64,000 bases of DNA from the human T2T-CHM13v2.0 reference genome, Homo sapiens. Below, piece by piece: positions 11,311-26,372 of the stretch (positions within the stretch are counted from its first letter, which is position 1; every line of letters starts with the position of its first letter). The position numbers and the translations under genes are program-made. Location: assembly GCF_009914755.1 (NCBI RefSeq), contig NC_060926.1; one strand, given 5' to 3'. Below the pieces are notes generated by a model. That model was not told the origin of the DNA. It searched no databases and saw nothing but the letters and a program-made list of their open reading frames with translations.

Positions 11311-14270
11311 TACATACACACACAAATACATGGTGTCAGAAAATGATAAATGTATATGTCAAGGCTTACAGTTTAAATCAGGCAAGAAGTAGAATCTTAC
11401 TTATGCAATATTACTCTCAGTAGCACAAGGCACATTATCCATGTTAATGGTAGGAATGTGGAAGAAAAGGAATTTGACATTTTTCCTATGTTATACATTT
11501 CAGCGTAGATATCAGTATCTGTCTACTTGTAATTGGATCTGCCTTTTTAAATCTAATTAATTACAAAATAAGATTAATGCAATTAGCTAAAACCTCAAAA
11601 ATCTAAATTGCAGGCTTAGTAGCATGCAATAACTATTGGTATCAGTTATGTTGTTTGGAGCAAAACTAGTCACTCATAATGGTGTAAACAAAAAAGAACA
11701 TTAGAATTACTTATGGAATATAAAATAGAGACTTTCCATAGACCTCACTCACATATTCTGATTTTGTAGGTTTGGAGGAAAGCCTTTCATATGCATTATT
11801 AAAATATTCAATAGATTGTTATATTTCACTACTGAATGAGAATCACCGGTACAGAGCATGCTGTAGAAGACAAACAATAACTAGCCTATAGAATTTAGAA
11901 TAATCTGGAAAGTAAAAACACTTAGTGCTCATTTGGCAGGCCAATGAATCGGAATTTAAAAGGACATGGATTCCAGACACTACTACTAATGTAGTAGAGA
12001 CAGAGCTTCAGGAAATGAGAAGTTATCCAGACAGACAACAACAGCATAATAGTTGGAAATACGATCAGCTAGGCACCAGGTTGGTAGATAAAACAGAAAA
12101 TCTGTGTCCAGCAAAATTGGCAATTGATATTTATGAGAATATCTGACAAAAATAAATCCTAGTCAACCCACTGGTTATCTAGATAATTTCCAAAGAATAA
12201 GGCTTGAGAGAAGAGCTTCTGAACTTGAGAGATCAGGTGGAGATAGAGTAAAATTATAGTTTGGGACAAATGTAGGGGCCATGAGCAATTATAAGAAAGA
12301 AAGGAGGCATGTGTACTGAATTTTTGTTTCTTACTATTTCATGCTCTCCTCTATTCTTTGCTGTTATTGTTGCTTGGTTTTTGGTTTGTTGAGGTATAAT
12401 TTATATAAAGTAAAATTCATTTTTTAGGAGTGCTGTTCTATGAGTTTTGACAAATTTACACAGTAAGTGTCAACATCACCATGATTAAGATATAAAATAT
12501 TTCTTATTTTCTTCCCAAACTTCCCTAATACCCCTTTGTAGGAAATTACCTTGCATTACCCCCAGCCCTTAGCAAGAGTTGATCTGATTCCTGTCCCTGT
12601 ATTTTCTGTCATTATAGTTTCAAAGTGTCATTTAAGTGGAACCCTTCCGTATATAGCCTTGGTTCATGGCTCATTCTGTTTCTGAGTTAATTGGCATTGT
12701 TTGCATACATGACAATTTTCTCATCCATTCACCTGTCGATGAATATTTGGGTTGTTTCTAGCTTTTGATGATTTTGAATAAATCTGCTATAAATATTCAC
12801 AAACATATGTTATTTAGCTATATCTTCATTTCTCTTTGGTAAATAACTACGAGTAGAAGTGTTAGGCCATATGGTAAGACTGTTATCTTTATATAAAACT
12901 GTCTTATTCTTTTCCAAAATGCCTGGGTCATTTGCAACCACAGCAAGAATATATGAACATTCCAGTTGCTCTGTATTATCAAGTCTTTTATTTGAAATAA
13001 TCTGATAGGTGTATAAGAATATCTTATTGTGGTTTTCATTTCCATTTCCCACTTTGCGTCTTGTCTTTCCATTTTCTTCAAAGTAGATTTGAAAGAGCAG
13101 AAAATTTTAATTTTAATGAAGTACAATTTATCAATATTTTATTTATTTGTATTATTTAATTTGTCCTACATACTGATAATTGTTTGTGTCCTACATAATC
13201 TCTGCATAACCAAAGGATGCAATGTCCAAAAGATTTCCCTATGCTTTTTTCCTAGAAATTCCCTAGCTTTATGTCTATGATCCATTTTAAGCTAATTTTT
13301 GTATGTGATGCCATTAGGAGTAGAGAAACACATTTTTGTACATGGTTGTTCTATTGTTACCTATTTATTCATTAAAAAGACTATCCATTATTAACCCTTG
13401 ACCACCTTACGAAGCAGGAAATAATCATTTACATAGATCTTTTTCTGCATTTTCTTTTCTGTTCCATTGATCTGTGGGTTTATACTTTTGGCAATGCCAC
13501 ACTATCTTGATTATTGTAGCTTTATAGTTATTGTTACAATGAAGCAGTGTAGATCTGCAAAATTTGCTCTTCATTTTCAAAATTATCTTTGCTATTCTAT
13601 ATGCCTTGTTTTCTATATAAATTATAGAATCAGCTTGTGAACACAAAATTGCTGATGAAGTTTGATTGAGATTACCCTGCATCTATACAGCATTTAGAGG
13701 TTAATTGATATTTGGACATTTTTTTCCAACCCAAGAACACATATATCTACCCATAATTTTAGGTCTTATTTGGTTTTTCTTACCAAATGTTTTATGATTT
13801 TCAGTATAAAAATCTTACAAATATTTTGGTGTACTTATTCATACATATTTCAAATTTATTGGTATTTATATATGTTTCTTTCCAAAATTTCAATTCTCAA
13901 CTATGTAGAAATGCAATTGGCTTTTAAATAATGACCTTTCATCCTGTGAATTTACTAAATATGCTTATTCTGTTGAGCAGCTCTTTTTTGGATTCCTTGA
14001 GACTTTCCACATAGAGAGGACATCTGTGAAAAGAGACTGTTTCTTTCCAACATATATTCATTTCATTTTACTCTCTTTCCTGATTTGTTAACTAGAATCT
14101 TCATTACAACTTTGAAAAGGAATGGTGAGATCAGACTTTTTTCTTGTTTATTATCTTACAGGGAACACATTCAATCTTTGAGCATTTAGTATGATGTTAG
14201 TCATAGGTTTTCATGAGGTCTTTATCAAGTTGAGAAAGTGATCTTTCATTTGTGAGAAATTTTTATAACA

Positions 14271-14826
14271 TATTATAGTGAATGCTTATAATTTTACGTT
14301 GCCTTGACATCCATTTTTGATGAAAGTTTAGCTTTCTCATGCCAGAGGCAGAGTTCAATCACCCTTGACATAGTTTCTCATTCTACATCACACTCAAATG
14401 TCTCAAGCCACAGACCAGAGATAGAACTTAGAGGCGTCTCTCTGGCCTAGTCTCTCAGAATAGCCTCCCCTCTTTCCTACTGCTTCCCTTTAATAAACCA
14501 TTCCGGCATATGCACATAAGTGACCCACACCCTATTTCCTTATGTTTACCACTTCTGGCAATAGTCTCTTCTCCCTCCCTGCCTCAGTTTCTTGACCTCC
14601 AGGTGTGCCATGTACTCCTCAGTGTCTGTGGGTACTAAAAACTCTTAAGCTTTCACATTTCGTTGTGTCCTTGAAGCTGTGCCTGCAGTCTGAACCCTGA
14701 TGGCAAGGCCATCCAAAGAGATGCAGTGGATCCCCTGGTGCTGTGCTTTCGTTCAGGCCTCTAGTGGCTGTTTGGGACAATAGCTAACGAATTGATAATG
14801 AAACTTGAAGAGTTTCATTCAAAACA
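14271..14826 (+). mobile_element. Solo LTR, MER72/LTR47-like
   Basis: tatagtgaatgcttataattttacgttgccttgacatccattttt...ttcattcaaaaca; flanked by 4-bp direct repeat aaca; host L1 resumes on both sides. Confidence 0.7.
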
Positions 14827-15322
14827 AACATAGACCCTGGACTTTGCCAAATGCATGCTGCATCTCTCAAGAGGATCTTGTGTTATGGTTATTTATTATT
14901 ATTTTTAGGTTACATTACATTCATTGATTTTTGAATGCTGAACAAACCTCTTAAAATAAATTCTACTCTGACATGACATTTATTTGAGAGAGAGAGAGGG
15001 AATGATTATGATAATGATGATAATAATGATGCTGATGCTTTTTTCCATTTCCATGAAGAATATTACTCTAGTTTTTCTTTTCATGTAAAAAGAGTTTTGG
15101 TTTTGGTATCAGTGTAATGTATGCCTCATAAAACAAATTGGAATGTGCCTCTTATTTTCTAGAAACATTTTTGTAAATTTAGTATTATTTATTACTAATT
15201 TTTGTAAAATTTGTATTATTTATTTTGATAAATCTTTCCGATGAAAACATCTGGCCTGGGGCTTAGGTTGTTGAAAGATGTTTAACAATGAATTCAATAT
15301 CTTCAGTAGTTTTAGTACTAAT

Positions 15323-15415
15323 TAGAGAGAGAGAGAGAGAAAGAAAGAAAAGGTAAAGAAAGAAAGAAAGAAAGAAAGAAAGGAAGAAAAAGAAAAAGAA
15401 AAGGAAAGAAAGAAA

Positions 15416-15487
<72 letters not shown>

Positions 15488-15556
15488 AAAAGAAAAAGAA
15501 AGAGAGAGAAAAGAAAGAAAGAAAGAAAGAGAAAGAAGGCAGGCAGGCAGGCAGGC
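15323..15556. repeat. (GA)n/(GAAA)n/(GGCA)n compound microsatellite
   Basis: Seen directly; uninterrupted AAAG run of about 18 units near 15415-15488. Confidence 0.97.
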
Positions 15557-15721
15557 ATTTCTATAAACTCTATTGGTTCTGTTTTTTTTTGAAGAACCCT
15601 GACAAATACATACACTGTCAGATGTACGTATTTGGGATTTTTTTTGAGCCATTTACACTTTATACCTAAAGGCATATAATCAATTTTTGTCAGTAAGTCA
15701 GTAGAAATATAGCTTTATTCT

Positions 15722-16043
<322 letters not shown>

Positions 16044-17874
16044 TTATTCTGAGGCAAAAATTAGGTGTTTCTGCATTTGTTAATTGACTCACGTGAAATA
16101 ATACTGATCATTTTGCCATGATGTATAAATAAATAGCAGTAGTTGAGGAAGTCAGGAGCCAAACTGACTGCATCATATTTCTAAAAGCAAGTGAAAGGTA
16201 GACTAAAATAGTGTCTCACTTTGCAATTGCTAATTGAGAAGAACATGTAAAATAATCCTAGAAATTATTTCTTAAAAAGTAAATTTTAAGTACGATGGAT
16301 TTTAAACTTGCAGTAACCATCCATGAAAAAACAAAATTCAGATAGATGAAATAGCATTTAAAAAATATAAATGTTTTTGAAATTTGAAAATTCATGAAGG
16401 AAATATTGACCTACTTGAAATAAGTACTTTTGAATAGTTAAAATAAGAAAATAAAGACATTTTATTCATTTTATTGATATTAAAAGCAAGTTATAATAAC
16501 ATGTAGTTTGAATTCTAAAATAATGTATCAGTTACTCCTTCCCAAAACCACTGAGACCAGATCATTAAGATTTTGCTTTTTTAATGTAAAATAAAAATGA
16601 TGTAATGACTCTGGAGATGCTAAATAATAGAAGCTTAGAGAGGGAATAGATAACTGGTCTGTCCTGAAATTACAAATTATATTAGTTCTGAGCCTTACAT
16701 TTTTTCTCAAATATGCACCCTAATTTAGATAAATAATATCTTATAATTTGATATTGTATTTTTAATACAAATACTTAGGCCAATTATCACATTATGGCAG
16801 GAATTGAAAAATATTATTTAAAGAATTAGGTTTGACTTTTAACATATAAGTTGAAAACATAAAAAGATGGTTTCAATAAGTCTACAACTTTACTCATGAT
16901 GTTTACTAGATATCATTCAGTTTACATTTAGATATTTCTACACATAAAACTATCCATTGTATTTTCTGACCTCTCATTAATATTAGAGTATCATCTTTTT
17001 GCAATGCTTGTCATGAATTTTTTGACGTTTTCTTTAGGAAAAGAAGAAGCATTTCTATATGAGTAAATTTTTTCAGTTAAAGTTGAATGAGTGTTTGTGC
17101 ATACACAGAAACTTTTTCTAAAGTGTCTCTTAAAAGTAAGTATAAACTAAAAAGATTACTATAAATGCCTTAATGAACATTTCTGCAAAACTTGAATCGC
17201 AAATTTCTGATTCAAGCTCAGTATTTCTCTATTGTTCAGACAAATTTGGTAAATACTTCTTAATATATTTCTGAAGGTGCATCTATCAGCTAAAATCATT
17301 AAAATTATATTCATTTAATCTAGTTTAATGTAATTCATTAGAACAATATAACATTAATATAATAAGGAATAAACAATAAAATATGAATTAACAATTCCAC
17401 TACAAAATAATAATCAACATTACTTATTTTTTATTAACATGCTTAACTATTATATAAAACGACTCCATCCAAATTTAGCAAAAATAAACTTTATTGCATA
17501 ATCAGAAAGGGATTAGGCACAAACCAGGAACTAGAATGCAACTTGGTGTCAGGTAAGTGCAACAATGAGATTGGAAATAGATCTGGATTCACTTTCTCAT
17601 CTCTTTTTCTTTTTGCTTTCAGCTTCTTGTTTTTGCTCATTTTTCTTGCTCCTACCATCATCCTCATTTCTCAGTCTGCATAGCAGGATATGGTCACTCA
17701 GAGCTACCTTACAGTTCATCCACATATAGAAATATAAGAGGCTCTGTTACACAGTTGAGAATTCCAAATAAAAAAAAAATCAGATTGGCGCAGTCTAGAT
17801 AAGGTTTCCACAACAGCATGAATCAATTCCGTCACAACATCAGTTGCAGAGGTGTGAAATTTGTCAAATCATTT

Positions 17875-18015
17875 ATACTTGACAGTCTTCTTTCTGATTG
17901 ATAAAATGGGTATCGTAATCACATCTCACACAATTGTTGAGAAGACCTAATGAGATTATGCTTGTAGATGATCTAGCACAGTGCTTGCCACAGAATAAGC
18001 ACTATTAACCCTTAT
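17875..18015 (+). mobile_element. MIR
   Basis: ataaaatgggtatcgtaatcacatctcac...taatgagattatgcttgtag..tagcacagtgcttgccacagaataagcact. Confidence 0.8.
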
Positions 18016-20144
18016 TATTAATTTCACTGTGTCAATTACTATTGTTTTTAAAACTCTACATCCTGAAATTAGACAATATAAATTCACATTCCTCCATTAT
18101 AATTTATACTTGCTAAAAATCACAGCATGATCTCGGGAAAGTTATGCACAATATCTAGTCTTTCACATTTATATCTACCAGCTGAGGGCAATAATAGTAT
18201 TTTTTCATTGGTTAATTTACTATTATTTCTCTGATTATACTTTCTTGTCTTTTTTCTGATTAAATAAGATTTTTTATACTCCACACCTTAAATGCAAAGA
18301 ACCATGTACCTATATAGATTGTGAGGGTTTCTGGTATTGTCAATTCCTAACTAACCTGGATTTATGAGGGTAGCAAACAAGGCAAATGGTGATGACACTC
18401 ATCACAAAGTACCATCTGAGAGGTGGAATGGACAGTTGCTGTTTCTCTCTGTAGCATGTTCTGATTTGTTGAGTCAAAGTGCACAACTGGAAAAGGAAAA
18501 ACGAAATTAACTCTCTTTATTCAGCCTATCTTTCTCATGATGTGAGCCCATAATTTGTTAACCGTGGTTAAGCTTTTCTCAAGTCCAGTTATGACTGCTT
18601 TAAAATTACCGTGAATTTTGGCATAATACTTTCTGCCAGTCTTAATTTACAGTACTATGAGTCTTTTGTTTGTGTTTCATTTTGTTTTTTTCTGTTTTTT
18701 CACTTTAGAAAGAAGTTGGAAGAGGAAACATTAGGAATTTCCTTTCAAACTCCAATCAAAACAGCCTATTTGAATATTTTTTTAAAGTCAGTATTACTTC
18801 ATTCATGGGTTAAAAATAGACCAATACTACTGATAACCAAAATTTTAAAACTGTACCTAAAAATAATTCTATCTTATTGTGAATATATTTGAAATTCAAC
18901 TGGGCTTGCATTTCTGCCATCAAACATATAGCCCAAATGTCTTAGTACAACCAATTTTTTAAGTAATAATATTTAAAGAAAAAACGATCATCAGTATTAA
19001 ATAAAAAAATGACTAACGTTTATGCGGAAAAAATGTTTTTTGTTCATGATAAAGGAAGATGAAAAAAATCACTATAGTTCGTGATCTAGGCTTATTTTTA
19101 TTCATAGAAAATTCCAAAAATTCTTCCTGTGAGGATGCATTGGCTAAAGCAGGTCAAAGTTGCTGAAGAGGACTAAGCGAGCCTCTTGGGGAAGATGATA
19201 TCATCTGATCTGTACACATGTCACATTCAGAACATTCTGCATGGCTGCTGCTGAGCTCCCATCTGTCAGATCTCAACAGAGAGAACAAAGACTAGAGATG
19301 TGAGTAATTCAAGAAACATCCATTTACTAGCTGAAAAAACAAATAAAATTAGGAGGAGCCACTTTCTTCTTGTTACATGTTACTGATACGTGTTCTACCT
19401 GGCCATACCACACATTACATAAAATGTATTCAACTACTTTACTGTCATTTGCTTAAATTGTCTTATTTTTAGAAACTTGTTCATAATAACTACAATCTCT
19501 ATAAGCATAGTACAAAATAACTACAAGCATAATCAATACAATTGTATTTAGACAATAAGAGATATTTTTATTTGGTACAGATCTTGGGAAATGCGGTATT
19601 GGTCTTCTACACTGCTTCAAATACAGAATAGGCTTTTCTTAATACATGAGTTAAATTTAATGTTTGCATATACATCACATAAAAATAAAATGTTTCACCC
19701 TGAAAATGCTATTAGAAAGAATTCAGCAAAGTAGATATCTGGGAAAATAAGCTGAAAAGAAATTTATTCATTTCCAAGAAGATTAATGATAATGTGCCAC
19801 AGGTATTCATATTCCACATTTTATCTTCTAGTGTCAACTCATCTAACAGTGGGCCAATAAGTAATATATAAATCTTCTGCCTTTAATATATTTTTGCTTA
19901 CTGAGAGCTAAAGTAACATCGATTTACTCCTATATATTATATGAGCACTTGAAATGTTTATACAATGCATACTTTATTTTAAGATTGAATATAGAAGAGA
20001 TATTTTGACATAAATGGGAATAAAACCATAAAAATTTTTTACACTGAAAATTAATATACCTTTGAGTTACGGCTCATTGTGCTCTAAAAAGTGACTTTCT
20101 TAGATTGAATTACTCCTCTACATATGAGACACCAAGAAGTTAAT

Positions 20145-20720
<576 letters not shown>

Positions 20721-20799
20721 TTATTAGTCATTATTTTTATTATTGTAACACTTATAATTTATAATTACTAAAAGCTGAGACAACAGGATACTTCTGCTG

Positions 20800-20870
20800 A
20801 AAAAAAATGCTATTTATCTGAACCTCAAGTTTAACTAGGTATTCTGTATTTTAATTAATACTGGCAACCC
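20800..20870. mobile_element. MER53-like hAT MITE half
   Basis: tatttatctgaacctcaagtttaactaggtattctgtatttt...ctggcaaccc. Confidence 0.6.
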
Positions 20871-22436
20871 ATATATTTTACCTACCAGGGAGATAGTACC
20901 ACAGAATATCATTTTAACAATTTATCTGTTCTGCAGCAGTTGAAGTAGTTAAGACTGAACTGTGTATTAAAATCAATACAGAATTAGTCTCCATGTCTAG
21001 GATGGCATATGTAGCATTTGAGAAGTGCGATAAAATGAAATGAATATTTTTAAAAATAGTCTAAGGAGAAGTAATTTGGGGGTATGCTTCTGAAGAACTG
21101 AAAAGACACCAACTTTATCTCCCAGTTTGCAAGAAAATGGTAGCTGAAGGATTTAGCATCCTCCATTATTCTGATAAAGAAATTCAAGATTGATTTGTTG
21201 TCAGATTTCCTTTGACTGGTTTGATATTCTACATGACTATTGAACCAAGGAATACAGTTTACAGAGAACCCAGTGGAAAAATATTGAAGGAAGCTAGTGG
21301 GAAAATTTGATGAGCAAAATAGTCTCAGAATAACATGCATATAACAGTAGAAATCAATGGGGCTTTTATTTATTTGGGCTGTTACAAAAAAAATGACAGG
21401 AACATTAAACAAGAGATGTTGTATGGACTTAAATTCCAAACAGAACCTGATAGAGTATCCCTGTTGGTGATGATGTAAACTGAGATCAGAACAGTTAGTA
21501 TCTGCAATCTGGTGAAACTAGAAATTTTTGTTCTGTTCTCCTGTTACTATAAATTAGTCACAGAACCACATGATTGCAGACTTTGTCTGAAGGTGCTGAG
21601 GTAAGTGCATGGAAAGTTCCCAAATTTGCAGAAGCCATATCTGCATGTACTGTAATCTAGCCAGACTCCAACTTCATCACTCTGTTGGCAAAATCAGTGT
21701 GCCACGTACTAAAATATTTACTGAATTATTTCCAGCATTCTCTTAATGAATCATTAAAACTATTATTCTGTTTGTATATAAGCTTCTTTGACACTCATTT
21801 TCTCTTGTTTAGTGAATATACAAATCTGTGTATTTTGGTGACCCACTATATAAACCATTCCCTGATCCTATAGTGTCCCGATATCCTAGAATCATAAAAA
21901 TGGAAAAATCTGAGAAACTTAGAGAATATCTAAGTTTAATATATTTAAACCTATATCTGAGTTTAAATATATTTAAAGAATATGCAATATCCTTTAAATT
22001 TCCAGATTAAAAAAAAAACAGAAACCCAAAACGTTAAGTAATTTGTTCAAAGTCCAACAAAGCTCCTAGATAATCTGATCTCCTAAATGCTAGTTCACTG
22101 AATCTCCAAAATATGCTTCCTTTTCTACCTATTGAATTCTATTCCTCCATCCCTACTTAGTAGTAAATGGCAGACAGATATGTGACTAAAACACACACTC
22201 TGGTGCAAGACTCTTGGGCTCTAATCCCAACCACACTTCATAGACTAAGAACCTTAGATGAATTACTTCAGTCTTCTGAGGGGAAAAAGCATTGCCACAC
22301 AAATTAATCTCAATAAAGTACCTTGTAGGTGTACATGAATTCTGAAGCACAGGAAGAAGAATAATAAATCTAATAGAAAAGTTAGAGAAGATTTACACAG
22401 TAACAATTTAAGTGATGATTAGAAAATTGCTTAAGT

Positions 22437-22705
22437 CAGGAGTTAGCAAACTACTTTTTTAATGGCTCACAAGCTAAGAATACCTTTTACATATTTAAAT
22501 GGTTGGGGAAAAATCAAAACAGTATTTTGTGACACGTGATCATTTATGATATTCAAATGCTAGTATTCATCAATAAAGTTTTAGTAGAACATAGTCATGT
22601 ACATCCACTTACATAGGTGTATTCATGCTAAATAGCAAACTATTGCAAAGAGAATCTACAATATTTAATATCTGGTCCTTTAAAGAAAATGTTTGCAGAA
22701 CCCTG
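22437..22705. mobile_element. MER58B-like hAT-Charlie DNA transposon
   Basis: TIR-like caggagttagcaaact ... gtttgcagaaccctg; internal aataaagttttagtagaacatagtcatg. Confidence 0.8.
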
Positions 22706-23422
22706 GTTTAGAGGAATGCTACTCAAAGTGCCAATGTGCAATGAGTTTATGAGCTTGTATCAGTATGTTAATTGATGTAAAACTTCTTACATCAAAAAGT
22801 CTTGCTATAAAAAGAAGTAGGGAGTTAGGGGAGCAAATTAACCCATGTGCTTTGTCATATGGTAGATGTACATTCTCTCTAAAGCTCCTTATCTTTTCAC
22901 AGAGAGCTAACAGTTTGAGTGCCTCTTAGCAGTCCACAGGTGACTTATTGAATACCACTGTTTCAAAGCTTACCAATATAACAGCAGTGGATATCTGCCC
23001 CAGACAGATAGGATTGTATATAATAAAGATGTACATCTTAACATTAGTTGAGAAATGATGATAATTTTGTTCTTTGGTTTTACATGTAAATGGTTTTGGG
23101 TTTAAAATGTAGGAACAAACTAGAATATTTGAAAAATATCATATGGAAATATTAAGGTTTATAAGAAGCAGACTTATATAGAGGAAAATTTGGTAATATA
23201 ATAAGTAAAAAAATCACCAAATGTCTATACACAGTTTCCTACAGGGTGTCAGTTGAAGAAAAAGCTAACTTTGGAGGGAGAAAAAGCAAACACACTGTGG
23301 GTTTCAAAATTAGCATAAAGGACTTGGTATAATCAATTATCTTCAGAGATTTAGCAGTTATGACCAGTAGCTTCAGCTTATTTTAACATGTCTTTTTAAA
23401 TCATCTTTACAAGCTTTTGAAA

Positions 23423-23562
23423 ATCAAAGATTGGCCCAGTTTGAAATAAGATACTGAATCTGTAAAATTTTGAATCTTTTGGCTTCAAAATTTCAGCAGC
23501 ATTAATTCTATAAACACAATGATCTCTTTTTCTTTTGTTGATAGTACTTCTATTAACTCCTT
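23423..23562 (+). repeat. 140-bp direct repeat, copy 1
   Basis: Matches 26233-26372 with 6 substitutions and no indels. Confidence 0.97.
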
Positions 23563-24399
23563 ATTTATTGAAAAGAGAAATAGAGTCAGCAAACGTTTAA
23601 TTTTAGCTAGATATATTGCTAGGAACAGTTTGATGAAATTGGAAAGCAATTTCTTCAAAAATTACCCTTACTGTCTATAGGGTTCTCTAATTTTGAACCC
23701 CAAAGTCAGCAACATTAAATACCAATTTTTATATACTTAATTATGATTCTCCAACCTTGCTATTTTTTGAAAAGTCTTCATTAATTTCAATAAGTCTTTA
23801 AATTAAATTATCGTGTTTCTCCTTTAAATATTAAAAAGCCTTTTTCATTGTTGTTATTTTATTCTATCCTCTTGTAGACAAAATATGCAAAATGAATTCA
23901 TTTATTTTCATGGTTTTTAATTGCCTGTCATTTTTGGGGGAATAAGATCCATATTATTTGCATCTTTTAAAGTAAAACATTCCCTGAAATGCACATTTTG
24001 AAATAATATTAGATACATTTCCATTATATTGTTGCCTGCTATTTCAGTATATCTGTTACTATTTTTTAAACAAAATACTTTAATCTTCTGTAGCAATAAG
24101 ATGTCCTTAGAGCACAGAGGTCGTGTCATGAGTAAGACAAATAGTCTGGGGTCAGGTTAACAAATGTATGTATAAATATAGGATAGATATCAAAGATGAT
24201 AAGGTATTGCTCTTCTGTAAGATACTGCTGTTCTGTCTGAAAGACTGTTGTAGACCTAATTCAAAGGTGAAAGAGGGGGAGTGAGTCAGTAGAAGCACTG
24301 TCTGCCTCAGGAGATACTTCTATAATGTAACTCCTGAAAGATAGTTAAAAAACATGACCTTTCACTAATATATTTTTGCATATATTTTGTTAATAATGC

Positions 24400-25070
24400 A
24401 ACTTTTAAAATTGCATGTTAAAATATATGTCTGAGTGACAGAATACAGATACAGAAGAACACATACAGCATGATTCCACTTATCTGTGGTTCTAGAACAG
24501 AAAAAAATGAATCTACCATGAAATATATATACATAGATTTTTAATGGTTGCCTCTTGGGGGAATTGACTAGGGAACATGAGGAGATTTCTAAGGAGATAG
24601 AAATGGTCTATATATTAATGATTATATGGGTAAAAGGATGTATACATTTGTCAAAACACAACAAATTTGATTTTTAAGATCTGTTCATTTCACCACATGC
24701 ACATTTTAGTTCAAAAATCAAACTGGAAATCAATATTGAACTCTAGTTAGAAGCTTTGCTTTCTTTGTTGTGATGTAATTTCATAACTCTTAAACTAGTA
24801 TGTGCACATTGTAGACTTGAACAAATGAATCAATATATTAAGGAGAGTAAGAAACTGATTTCTCACTATGGTATAAGGTAGTTGCAAATATGGAAAGTGA
24901 AAAGTATAGGCTGTAGCACATGGTATTGGATCAGAATTGGATTAGAAGCAGTGACATACTGGTAGCAATGAGCACAAATAACACCAAGCTATTGGTTTCT
25001 AAGTACCATTCTCTAACAGAGACATTAGCTTTTGTGGTCAGGAAAAGACTCATTCCAGAGCTACAACAAA
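24400..25070 (+). mobile_element. L1MC/L1MD-type 3' UTR
   Basis: acatacagcatgattccacttat...tatacatttgtcaaaacaca...aagtaccattctctaac. Confidence 0.7.
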
Positions 25071-25444
25071 GAGTATATTCTTAAATTGAGTACCAAAGAG
25101 CTCAGTTAGGAGGGGACATTTAATCTGAGAAATTAAAGATGAAAAAGAATTAGTCATATAAATATATAATAAGAATAACATGTGCCAAGGCCATAGGCAG
25201 TGGCATTCAAGGAATTTTTTTCCTGGATACTTACTTCCTATGAAATGAAGACTTCTGCTCTGGGATCCAGCTCTACTGAGTTAGAAGAGTGAGGTGGCAA
25301 CCACTTTGTATCTAGAATACACTAAGATCGGAGTCTGATCCTTCTATCTTTTGAGTGGGTCATTTTATCATGTCTGTCTAAAGAAAAGTTTCAGCTGTTT
25401 ACAGGTGTGTATTTCAATAAAACAAATATAATATTATTTATATT

Positions 25445-25680
25445 TATATAGTATTAACAATATACGAAGCACTGTTCTTAGCACGTTTTTTCTGTTAACG
25501 AATACTTGATTTTTACAATAACCCATAACTTAGGTACTATTATCCCCAATTTATTAATGAAAATTAGAGCACAGATAAATTAAATAGCTCATTCATAGTC
25601 ACACAGTAAATGCTTTATTTAGGATTTGGATCCAGATGTTTAACAGAGAGGCTGTATTCTTAACCAATTCACTATATACT
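25445..25680 (-). mobile_element. MIR
   Basis: aagcactgttcttagcac...aggtactattatccccaattt...gtcacacagtaa...aggatttggatccag. Confidence 0.85.
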
Positions 25681-26232
25681 GCATCTATGTGCCATGTGAA
25701 TTTACTCCACAGTATGGTCTTTGTTGCTATTGATTGGCAATTATAGAAAGACGTTGGTAGGTCATTAGTCCTCCTTTCTACTCTTATCTGCATTTCTCTA
25801 CATATTCTGTACCTCCCAACTAGTTGAAACCCTCAATCAGCAGTGGTATCAACCAGTACCACTGTTGTGATTGCTGCCACTAGAAAAAAAGTAAAAAGTG
25901 TGAGATTACATGGCACAACTTCTTTTCTCGTCACAAAACTCTGTCTTTGTAGTACTATGAATGTGTAATTACTATTTTTGAAATATCAATAGACAAAAAA
26001 ATCCCAAATGTAAATATTTATCAATTTTTTTTTCTTGTAAAAATGGAGCCACTTCCTGAATTATCTTTCTCTCCCTCTGCATGGCTCTTAATGATAAGTA
26101 AGATGCTACACATTTTCTTAATCTCTCTAGCACTGGTTTTAGAAATTGTTTTAAAAATATGGTCCAAAAAATACTCATTCCAAAGATATATAATTGTTAT
26201 TTTTCCTTTATATGAATTATATGTACATATAT

Positions 26233-26372
26233 ATCAAAGATTGGCCCAGTTTGAAATAAGATACTCAGTCTATAAAATTTTGAATCTTTTGGCTTCAAAA
26301 TTTCAGCAGCATTAATTCTGTAAATGCAATGATCTCTTTTTCTTTTGTTGATAGTACTTCTATTAACTCCTT
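26233..26372 (+). repeat. 140-bp direct repeat, copy 2, embedded in a TA/TG microsatellite
   Basis: Flanked by tatatgaattatatgtacatatat on the left and (TA)n/(TG)n on the right to about 26460. Confidence 0.97.

Larger units (their letters stand above)
12385..15610 (-). mobile_element. Old L1M element (3' UTR plus ORF2), interrupted by an LTR and a GAAA tract
   Basis: ttgaggtataatttatataaagtaaaattc...; ORF 13425..13682 (IAKIILK..YKATIIKIVWH..DQWNR) is L1 ORF2-like. Confidence 0.85.

Noticed and set aside
15263-15675. 129-aa and 117-aa minus-strand ORFs rich in F, L and S
   Set aside because: Translations of the (TTTC)n microsatellite.
21050-21439. 129-aa minus-strand ORF in non-repeat sequence
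   Set aside because: No recognisable domain, composition typical of AT-rich chance ORFs, non-ATG start, no supporting gene structure.
21925-21980. Short tandem near-duplications (also about 15165-15225, 35495-35552, 50145-50195)
   Set aside because: Ordinary slippage duplications in AT-rich DNA; no regular repeat-spacer pattern.
23423-26372. 140-bp repeats as LTRs or a giant TSD of a new element
   Set aside because: No TG..CA ends, primer-binding site or polypurine tract; the interior is unrelated ancient L1/L2/MIR sequence with no tail.
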